Shown here: piece after piece, positions 23,601 through 30,526 of the stretch | Position numbering within the stretch: the stretch's first letter is position 1 | How the letters are laid out: every line of letters begins with the position of its first letter | Virus record (IMG/VR): IMGVR_UViG_3300006916_000044 | Span: 27,371-91,370 of that record | Source: a virus | DNA: 64,000 nt | Reading direction: 5' to 3' (one strand) | Program-made: the position numbers and the translations under genes | The notes under the pieces: generated by a model | What the model saw: the letters and a program-made list of their open reading frames with translations, nothing else | The model's database searches: none | What the model was told of the DNA's origin: nothing

Positions 23601-26229
23601 TAGAAAATTAATGGCAGACCGTGATGCTTATTTTGCTTTTAAAAGAGCAGAAAACAGAGGAGATGACGGTTACTCAGATGGAGATAATTTTAAATATACT
23701 GATGAGTTTAAAAGAGCTAGAAGCAGATTTGAAATATTTGTAATAAATGCAAATGGTGGTGGTTTTTGGACTAAAAAATCTACTGTAAGTAATAAAGCAT
23801 ATTTAAGATATTTAGCTAAGTATTACAATACGTTTGGAGAAGAAGCTAAAATAGCAAAACCAATAACAGATATAAACGGAAACTTTACTGGTCAAGTTTA
23901 TTATGTAAAAAATGCATCTTATGTTAAACCAGAATACAAAGAAATAAATTATAGTAATCCTAACTGGGTTAATGATAAATGGTCAAAGTTACAAAATCCT
24001 ACTACTGAATTAGAAAAGGCACAGAGTGAATACTATAACATGTACATTGATGTTTTTGAAAATGAGTTAGTAAACTTACTACCAGAAAATATTAGTATGG
24101 TTGGTAAACTACCAACTATAGAAGGTAGACCAACTAGCAAACTTAAAGATAAACCAGATTCAGTAGGTTCTATATTTTCTAAAATGTCTACAAAGGTTAG
24201 AAATTATTTTTCTCCTAGTACTGTAATTAAAAGAGCTGTTAGAGATGAGCATGGTAATATTATAACAGATTCATTACCATTATACTATGTTGGCAGTGTT
24301 GTTCAAGAAAAAGATATTCAAGAAGCATATAACGCCTTAGATCAAATAACAATTTTATATAATAAAGCTACAACAGCTAAAGAAAAAGATAAGTATAGAA
24401 AACAACTTTCTGCTCAAAGAGGAAAAATAAAATCTCTTGAGTCAAAACCAACAGCAAGAACTTTAAATTTAGATTTGACTGAATCTTTAATTAAATTTTC
24501 AGCAATGGCTGAGAATTATGAAGTAATGAGTCAATCAGAAGATACTTTTCATGCTATGATTAAAGTTATTGAAAATAGACAGTATACTAATTCAAAAGGT
24601 GATGTTATTATTCAAGATGAAGAAGGTAAAGAGGTTGGAAAAAAAGGAAAAGTTAAAGGTAACTTAGAAGCTAACATGACTAAGCGTGCTAAGAAGTGGA
24701 TGAAGATGGTTTATTATGATAATGATAATGACACAAAAACATTTTTTGATAAAGTATCTAAAGGTTTAATATCTGCAACATCTCTTGCATATGTAGGATT
24801 TAACATTTTTGGTAACCTAAACAACTATGTTTTTGGTAGAGTATCAAATGCAATTGAAACAGCTGGTGGTAGATTTTTCTCAACAAAAGCTATGATGAAA
24901 ACTACAGCTAGATTTCAACGTGCTATGTTTGATAATCTTGCTGGAGCAACAAAAGCTGCTACACAAAAATATAGACGATATGAAGATGACCAACAAAAAG
25001 GTAAGTGGAATGCAACTGTAATGTATTTTAGAATGCTAGACAGTAAACAAGACATGCGTGAAAGTCAATATAAAAGTGAAAACACAAGTGTTAGATCAGC
25101 TGCTAAAGATATGTTTACTGAAGGAGGATCAGATAATGTAATTAGATTTGCAAGATCAGCTTGGGATAAATTTCATGAATTTGGTTATATCATACAGGAT
25201 GCGGGTGAATATAATGTACAAACTAAAATAGGTAATGCAATTCTTGAGTCTACTACTATGAAGAATAGTAAGACAGGAGAAACAATGTCATTGTGGGATG
25301 CTTTAAGCTGGGATAACAAAGCTTTAACTATGAAGGTTAAAGAAGGTTTTGATAAGGTTATATTTTATAATCAAACTAAAGAAAGAAATTGGGATGATAA
25401 TGCCCGTTATGATTTAAGAAACTACATAAGAGAGGTAAATAAACAAGTACATGGTAACTATGCCTATGAAGATAGAATGGTAATGCAGTCTACAGCGGTA
25501 GGGCAGCTAGCAGCACAGTTCCATAAATGGGTTGCTCCTGCAATTAAAGCTAGATTTAGACCAGAATACTTTGATGAAAATCTAGGATGGATGGAAGGAA
25601 GGTATTTAACTTTTTGGAATTTCTTAGGGTATGCGTATAAAAATCTTGGAGACATAGGTAAGATAGCTAATAACTACAAAGAGTTTAATGGTGAGAAAGG
25701 CCAAATGAAACTACAGAATGTTTATAGAACAATGGGTGAGATTGGTATTATTATGACAACTGTATTGCTTAAGATGTTATTGTCAGAGATGTTGGGAGAT
25801 GATGATGATGAAGAAAGAGGTGGTAGTACAAGACGGAATGTTGATGATAGTGATTCAGTTTTAAGAAAAAGGTTGCGTAATGTATTTTTATATCAGTTAG
25901 ATAGAACACATAAAGATTTAGTAACTTTTATGCCTATACCTGGAACAGGTGGTCTAACTCAATTATACCAACTGTTTAAGTCTCCAATAGCTTCTACAAG
26001 AACTTTAGGAGAACTTGGAGAAGCATTAGAGTATACAGTAGGTACTAGTTTAGCATATGTCTTTATGGATGATGAAAGTTTTATGGAGTCTAAATGGGTA
26101 TATCAAAGACCTAAAGCTAGAAAAGGTGTGTTAAAACTTGGTAAACAATGGGGTGATGCTCTACCTATTCTATATACAATTAATAGATGGAAGTCTTATG
26201 ATAATGTAACTGACTTCTTTATCAAGTAA
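20689..26229 (+). CDS. Large virion cargo protein (1846 aa) with degenerate zincin and PD-(D/E)XK-like domains
   Basis: TAIEEMLHPF (HExxH-like), RIDLLRVD...QIINF nuclease-like remnant; follows the vRNAP gene. Confidence 0.7.
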   Translation: MATCYNKNTTEYKALLGEYVSSYTVDSIISDYQKIEKTDAIPSVIDAKNMIKAQALLTKAKAKNEGKVLLRNLQSKGFIKKIGNDYFIIETNKSLVRDTHKRIRDYLTFNGFKQNSIIFKGTKKAHMFRAVVNDTVFNGNTYISKDSAKSLPVLEHLTKMFPQVKYTVLEASQAKTIYDAIPYYRKRNVPWNKVNSFFYNGTAVLIKGRVTNATAIEEMLHPFVDALYLDNRALFDNLLVEGLELDSELAEEIAGVYDPALGFQSKDTALEFVTQLLSKHFNKESGKPKIGFLRAVREFLNWFADVVKSLYSALTGKKLTVKDLNSNMTLTDVVKMLNTESLSFELNPTALEELRYSLAPEQKTILDTIKNQAATTVQTQIVDQLFHQAYSSKTEIDQLATSRVKKEDGQFINVDTAEVLPNIENSILGVENHPLESLIFDESTTAIFNGLSIGAPFDSEKIDSQFEEVYKMMLARMEGMRDDRSVFLPNVIVSDPATGLTQRIDLLRVDPFGNMQIINFANTGSISKNEYNTTNFDLGANSILVKKNIQTTVTAKMFTGLQMALTKRILENLGFMVDEGTMTINLDRTKDGFLDGTILHAASENQYIVDQIIPLDIAEENKMVVDQIMDQMRNPEAVEDWDSDEYAEDVLDFASEENRPLYDSLFKALKNYREGLITKEQAIKNARSVISMDKGRAAILRSISMSRSMIENSFLNPETIDKVYIDLVRESIDQIDEFLDYVADPDNFSKPDYIKKVLAWQKFVESYRGLTNITVSDGLTKNQLIYINKLKDKLNQIVGIVSPDGTTVQRGSIDLAIENYVRQLVIDQSSRDFTPAELDELLTTARDIGYVEYQTGDMATSRDTLLALMDKIFKRDRQRVLDKIQARAPRIKRAAMKLAKLTGSERIDYSFMIEYDEDGVPTGRYVKKTSSAFYAELNRLKQPLINEDGSWKEFIDIDNIEEATQEQINYNRKLMADRDAYFAFKRAENRGDDGYSDGDNFKYTDEFKRARSRFEIFVINANGGGFWTKKSTVSNKAYLRYLAKYYNTFGEEAKIAKPITDINGNFTGQVYYVKNASYVKPEYKEINYSNPNWVNDKWSKLQNPTTELEKAQSEYYNMYIDVFENELVNLLPENISMVGKLPTIEGRPTSKLKDKPDSVGSIFSKMSTKVRNYFSPSTVIKRAVRDEHGNIITDSLPLYYVGSVVQEKDIQEAYNALDQITILYNKATTAKEKDKYRKQLSAQRGKIKSLESKPTARTLNLDLTESLIKFSAMAENYEVMSQSEDTFHAMIKVIENRQYTNSKGDVIIQDEEGKEVGKKGKVKGNLEANMTKRAKKWMKMVYYDNDNDTKTFFDKVSKGLISATSLAYVGFNIFGNLNNYVFGRVSNAIETAGGRFFSTKAMMKTTARFQRAMFDNLAGATKAATQKYRRYEDDQQKGKWNATVMYFRMLDSKQDMRESQYKSENTSVRSAAKDMFTEGGSDNVIRFARSAWDKFHEFGYIIQDAGEYNVQTKIGNAILESTTMKNSKTGETMSLWDALSWDNKALTMKVKEGFDKVIFYNQTKERNWDDNARYDLRNYIREVNKQVHGNYAYEDRMVMQSTAVGQLAAQFHKWVAPAIKARFRPEYFDENLGWMEGRYLTFWNFLGYAYKNLGDIGKIANNYKEFNGEKGQMKLQNVYRTMGEIGIIMTTVLLKMLLSEMLGDDDDEERGGSTRRNVDDSDSVLRKRLRNVFLYQLDRTHKDLVTFMPIPGTGGLTQLYQLFKSPIASTRTLGELGEALEYTVGTSLAYVFMDDESFMESKWVYQRPKARKGVLKLGKQWGDALPILYTINRWKSYDNVTDFFIK

Positions 26230-26355
26230 TTATTTAGAAGTTTTAAGTATTAGTGCTTTTAGTTTTTCTTTAAGCCATTCATGATCTGGATGCTTAACTG
26301 TAGCTAAAAGTTTAAATGATATTTCTTTTGCTGTTTTATTTATTATTTTTTCCAT
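26230..26355 (-). CDS. Small hypothetical protein (41 aa, MEKIINKTAKEISFK...)
   Basis: ATG-TAA ORF exactly filling the gap between the thioesterase and the convergent cargo gene; not in the ORF track. Confidence 0.5.
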   Translation of the reverse strand: MEKIINKTAKEISFKLLATVKHPDHEWLKEKLKALILKTSK

Positions 26356-26734
26356 TGTATTTATCTTTTACTTTATGACTAATTGGTATTGGCTCTCCTT
26401 GCTCATCTATTCTAACAAATGTCATGTTAGTTGATAGAACAACAGCTTGTCTACCGTTATATACATTATGTGATCTAGCTTCTAAACCAAGTTTAATACT
26501 TGTTTCTCCTACTTTATGTACTTTACCGTATATTTTAATAAGCTGACCTTCTTTTGTTGGTCTTTTAAATATACATTTATCTATAGAGACAGTCACCATT
26601 CTAGGTGTGTCACAACATTGAGCTGCAAAAGCAGCAGCGCTTGCATCTAACCAAGCTAATAATTTTCCTCCAAAAAGATTTCCGTGAAATCCTAAATCTG
26701 ATTTTTTTACTGGATGTGTATTTAATAAATCCAT
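26336..26734 (-). CDS. Hotdog-fold acyl-CoA thioesterase (YciA-like)
   Basis: DLGFHGNLFGGKLLAWLD, MVTVSID, VGETSI, TFVRIDEQGEPIPI motifs. Confidence 0.9.
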   Translation of the reverse strand: MDLLNTHPVKKSDLGFHGNLFGGKLLAWLDASAAAFAAQCCDTPRMVTVSIDKCIFKRPTKEGQLIKIYGKVHKVGETSIKLGLEARSHNVYNGRQAVVLSTNMTFVRIDEQGEPIPISHKVKDKYNGKNNK

Positions 26735-26750
26735 TCTTAATGTTTAGTTA

Positions 26751-26820
26751 ACATAAACTGAGGTTACATTACGTATCTTATTTATATGAAACGTATAGAT
26801 GTAACCCCAGTTGTTTATGT
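26751..26820. repeat. Long imperfect inverted repeat/hairpin
   Basis: ACATAAAC-TG-AGGTTACAT-TACGT ... ACGTA-TAG-ATGTAACC-CCAG-TT-GTTTATGT. Confidence 0.7.
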
Positions 26821-26860
26821 ATTGATTATGATTATTGTTTTTGCATTAGGTACTATGTGA
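26786..26860 (+). CDS. Putative 24-aa hydrophobic peptide MKRIDVTPVVYVLIMIIVFALGTM
   Basis: ATG in the hairpin loop, single TM-like helix, antisense to the nrdJ-thioesterase unit. Confidence 0.35.
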   Translation: MKRIDVTPVVYVLIMIIVFALGTM

Positions 26861-28712
26861 TTTCACATGCGCCACCAGCACAAGCAAGTTCACCTTTTAG
26901 ATCAGTATTATCATCAAGTTCTACAACTTTTGTAAGATCAACAGAAGTTACTGAGCTTATTAGCTCATTGTATTCTTTTTCTGTTATATCTTCAAATGGA
27001 GCTTGAGTATAAGTACCTCCATCATATGGTAATACAGATAAACCATTGTAATGGTCTCTGTTTTCCCACATCCATTCACCAGCTTGTTCCCATTCATCTT
27101 CTTTAAGAGACACTGTAGCAGAAACATTATGAGTATTAGATCCTTTTCTATGACCAGGTTTAACCCATTCTGTAGCTATTTTCTTTATTCTCTCTAGTAG
27201 ATCAAATGGTGATTCAGTTCTAAGTGTTGATCCTTCTGGTGCTTTTTGAGGAATACTAATGATTGCAGTATCATGACCACGGAATACACAGTCTTCAATA
27301 AGCTCAGGATGATGTACAGAAAGATATGTGTATATAGCTTCATTCTTACCAACTCTTATTCTTCTTAAATAGTAATCATTATGCCAAGCATGAATACCAG
27401 AAGAAGTTCCAAGAGTTAAAGATGTAGTACCCGCAGGTTTTACAGTAGTGCATCTTGCTGAAGAGTTAATACCTAATAGTCTAGCAATAAATTCATTTTC
27501 TTTTTTTACTATTTTTGCTGCCTCAGTAAGATTTAGAGAAGACACTTTACCACTTGCTATTCCTGTCATAGATACACCAATAAGAGCATCTTTTTCAGTT
27601 GTTTCTTTCCATATCTGTCTAAGATAGTGGAAGTTAGTATAGCTAGCTTGAAGTGTTCCAATAAATGCTGCAGCTTTAACTCTTTCATTTAAATCTTCTT
27701 GAGACTCAACGTTTGATACATTTACTTCACATAAATTGCAAAATTGAAAAGGACGTAGTGCTATCTCACAACATGGGTTTGTACCCCAATCTTTATCATT
27801 ATTAAAGTATATACCAGGTTCACCAGCACCAGACAATTCAACACGTTTCCATAAATCCATAAAGAAAGATTTAGTAATCTTATGTCTCATTAATACAGCT
27901 GAGTTGTTAGCTCTACCACGTTGTGGATTTAGTTCCCACCATGGTCCAGACTTACAACCAATCATTTGATCATCATCTGCACTAAATAAACTAATAAGAG
28001 CAGCACGTCTAATACCACCAGCAAGAACAGCATCAGCTATATAACAAATCATATCATGTACTTCAAGTGTAGATAGTTTATCACCATCTTCTTTAGCGCT
28101 TAGTAAACCTTCTAACTTTAATAAACATTCTTTAAGTGGTTGAGGACCAGGAGCTTTACCACCAGATGTAACTAGTCTAGCACCTTTAGGTCTAATGTCT
28201 GAAAAGTCAAATTCTATTTTAGATGATCTTGTTCCAAAATAAGATTTAACTAAAACTTTAATAGAATCAGCCCAACCTTCAATAGAGTCACCAATTAAGT
28301 ATCTTTTTGATCTTTTTTTAAACGGTTTATTTATAGAAGGAAGCTTGTCTACATGATGTTTCTGTACTGAATAACCAACGCCTGTACCACCTAAAAGTAA
28401 AAACATTGTTTCATTAAAAGCATCTAATGCATTAATAGGTAAATAAGCACAGTTATATACACGGTTAGGACTAACCTCAATTGGCTTACCGCCAAATTGC
28501 ATAGATCTCATAGAAGGTAAAATCTTCTTATCATATACAAATTTATATACATCCTCTATTTCACCTTTAAGGCCAGGATATTTTTTTATATGCATGTTTT
28601 TGTTACGAGTGACTAGTTCTTCCCAAGTCTCTCTTCTATTGTGTTCAGGTAAGTATTTTGCATACTTCATATGAACAGTAATTTCACTTAAAATTTTGTT
28701 ACTTAGATTCAT
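26853..28712 (-). CDS. nrdJ: Class II (adenosylcobalamin-dependent) ribonucleotide reductase, monomeric RTPR-type
   Basis: YNCAY, GTGVG, TNPCCEI, CNLCEVN, TTVKPAGT, C-terminal CAGGAC; no NrdB partner in the window. Confidence 0.92.
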   Translation of the reverse strand: MNLSNKILSEITVHMKYAKYLPEHNRRETWEELVTRNKNMHIKKYPGLKGEIEDVYKFVYDKKILPSMRSMQFGGKPIEVSPNRVYNCAYLPINALDAFNETMFLLLGGTGVGYSVQKHHVDKLPSINKPFKKRSKRYLIGDSIEGWADSIKVLVKSYFGTRSSKIEFDFSDIRPKGARLVTSGGKAPGPQPLKECLLKLEGLLSAKEDGDKLSTLEVHDMICYIADAVLAGGIRRAALISLFSADDDQMIGCKSGPWWELNPQRGRANNSAVLMRHKITKSFFMDLWKRVELSGAGEPGIYFNNDKDWGTNPCCEIALRPFQFCNLCEVNVSNVESQEDLNERVKAAAFIGTLQASYTNFHYLRQIWKETTEKDALIGVSMTGIASGKVSSLNLTEAAKIVKKENEFIARLLGINSSARCTTVKPAGTTSLTLGTSSGIHAWHNDYYLRRIRVGKNEAIYTYLSVHHPELIEDCVFRGHDTAIISIPQKAPEGSTLRTESPFDLLERIKKIATEWVKPGHRKGSNTHNVSATVSLKEDEWEQAGEWMWENRDHYNGLSVLPYDGGTYTQAPFEDITEKEYNELISSVTSVDLTKVVELDDNTDLKGELACAGGACEIT

Positions 28713-28837
28713 TTTTTTTTAATTTTTACTTACGTTAATATTAGGTGGGATAAATAAGATAAGAAAATACAATTTACTTTCTTAGTTTTTTTATATAAAA
28801 TTGATGCAATCATGATTTTTTTATTTTGTTTTTTTTC

Positions 28838-28854
28838 AGTATATTATATATGTA
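28838..28854 (+). promoter_or_regulatory. Putative phage late-promoter motif AGTATATTATA..TGTA
   Basis: The same 11-mer recurs at 38495-38505; both copies are T-run-preceded and upstream of + strand genes. Confidence 0.4.
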
Positions 28855-28879
28855 ACTGATAATTTAAGAGTGCAAAAGT

Positions 28880-29188
28880 ATGGATTCTCAACAAGATATA
28901 ATAGTAATGGGGCTAAGAATTGATAATATGGAAAAAAAATTAGATGAAATTGATAAAAAATTAGATTCTTTAACTATCAAATTATTAGATCCAGATAATG
29001 GTTTTGTTACCAGGGTAAATAAGAATACATCCTTTAGAGATAAAATGGGTGAGTTTTTACCGTATTATGAGGATACTATTTCAGAAATGGAATCTTTAAA
29101 GAAATGGAAAAACAATGTTACTAAAGCACTTTGGGTAATTTTTACTGCAGTTATTGGTTGCATAGTTAAACTAATGTTCTTTGCATAA
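28880..29188 (+). CDS. Coiled-coil protein with C-terminal TM helix (holin/XhlA-like architecture)
   Basis: IDNMEKKLDEIDKKLD coiled coil; ALWVIFTAVIGCIVKLMF TM. Confidence 0.55.
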   Translation: MDSQQDIIVMGLRIDNMEKKLDEIDKKLDSLTIKLLDPDNGFVTRVNKNTSFRDKMGEFLPYYEDTISEMESLKKWKNNVTKALWVIFTAVIGCIVKLMFFA

Positions 29189-29760
29189 TGGCACGTTCTA
29201 ACACAGGAAATAAAGGATTTAATCAACAGTTAGTTACTGTTACACCAAACACGTGGACAGATTTATTACCACGTGATACTAATGAAAGACGTATAAACCA
29301 AAACTTAAGAGGACTTACAATAAACAAATTAATAATTCAAAATACAGGTACAGATGATATAACTGTATCAGTTAAATTTATATCTAGAGATCCACAAAGC
29401 CCGCATGATGAATATGAAGGAGAAGTAATTTCTGACAAAATTATATCAGGTTCACATAGAAGAGGTAGCAACGGTACTACTACAGCAAATAATTTAATAA
29501 ATTTTAGTAAGCCTATGGGCCGTGGTGTAGAAGGTTATGGTTTTGGTGGTCATGATGCAAACACAATTGCTGATTGGAATGGTTTAACATATACAGGAGT
29601 ATTAGAAATGGATTTTGTAAATTATCAATTGCAATTTCCAAACATGCAGTCTGTTCAATTTAAAGCTAATGTAGGAAGTGGTTTTATTGCAACTTTAATT
29701 ATGAATGACAACCAAATAAAAATGAAACAAACAGTAGGTGGTAATGGTATAAAAATGTAA
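29188..29760 (+). CDS. Hypothetical beta-rich protein, probably structural
   Basis: TAATG-coupled ORF; LIIQNTGTDDITV jelly-roll-like pattern. Confidence 0.5.
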   Translation: MARSNTGNKGFNQQLVTVTPNTWTDLLPRDTNERRINQNLRGLTINKLIIQNTGTDDITVSVKFISRDPQSPHDEYEGEVISDKIISGSHRRGSNGTTTANNLINFSKPMGRGVEGYGFGGHDANTIADWNGLTYTGVLEMDFVNYQLQFPNMQSVQFKANVGSGFIATLIMNDNQIKMKQTVGGNGIKM

Positions 29761-29764
29761 TAAA

Positions 29765-30046
29765 ATGGCAAAAGAATTAAATGAAGATACTAGTTTTAAA
29801 ATAAGTCTAAAAACATTAGGAGGAATAGCGGTTTTAATTTTTACTCTTGTTGGTATGTGGTTTACTTTACAAGCTGATATTGCTGAAGCAAAAGAGTTAC
29901 CAGCTCCACCAGATCCAGAAGTTACACGTATGGAATTTGACATGAAAGATCAAATGATACGTAGCACAATTATGACTACACAAGAAGATGTTAAAGAAAT
30001 AAAAGAGTCTCTTGAAAAAATAGAAGATAAATTATATAATAGATAA
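29765..30046 (+). CDS. Single-TM membrane protein with Pro linker and coiled coil
   Basis: LGGIAVLIFTLVGMWFTL TM, PAPPDP, EDVKEIKESLEKIEDKL. Confidence 0.6.
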   Translation: MAKELNEDTSFKISLKTLGGIAVLIFTLVGMWFTLQADIAEAKELPAPPDPEVTRMEFDMKDQMIRSTIMTTQEDVKEIKESLEKIEDKLYNR

Positions 30047-30047
30047 A

Positions 30048-30173
30048 ATGAGAAAGAAACCAACAATACAATTTAAAGGTAACAAACGAACCAAAAGACC
30101 TGGGGTACACAGCAAAAATGCTAGTAAAGGTCAAAATGGTTATAAAAACAAATACCGTGGGCAAGGTAGATAA
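30048..30173 (+). CDS. Small basic protein (41 aa, ...RPGVHSK...KYRGQGR)
   Basis: ATG 1 nt after the upstream stop; K/R-rich; not in the ORF track. Confidence 0.6.
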   Translation: MRKKPTIQFKGNKRTKRPGVHSKNASKGQNGYKNKYRGQGR

Positions 30174-30525
30174 TAATATAAATACTGTATGGAAAATTTT
30201 TCTAACATACTTACTGTTGTTATTTTGCTTGCTTGTCTCATCGGATGCTTATTCTCAGATAACAGTGAAACATTTTAATGCAGGATGGAATAGTGCTAAT
30301 GATGTAGAATGGTTCTCCAAATTAAAAGAGTGTGATAAAAGTTCTCTTTTAATAGATAAAGATGACAATCAAAAAAAATATCAAATAGCTGTTGTACCAA
30401 CTATTATAATATTTAAAGATGATGAAGAGGTAAAACGTTTTCAAGCAGATCTAAGTTTTAAAATGGTTGCCACTAGAAAAGAAATACAGGATTTTATAGA
30501 TGAATTAATAATGAGTGATTTTTAA
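30118..30525 (+). CDS. Exported thioredoxin-fold protein lacking CxxC (start uncertain)
   Basis: Signal peptide ...SDAYS|Q; HFNAGWNSAND where Trx has F.A.WCxxC; KYQIAVVPTIIIFKDDEEVKRF cis-Pro region. Confidence 0.7.
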   Translation: MLVKVKMVIKTNTVGKVDNNINTVWKIFLTYLLLLFCLLVSSDAYSQITVKHFNAGWNSANDVEWFSKLKECDKSSLLIDKDDNQKKYQIAVVPTIIIFKDDEEVKRFQADLSFKMVATRKEIQDFIDELIMSDF

Positions 30526-30526
30526 A

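Noticed and set aside
658-25655. Short antisense/alternate-frame ORFs inside the giant genes
   Set aside because: Shadow ORFs of biased codon usage, fully nested, with no recognisable motifs.
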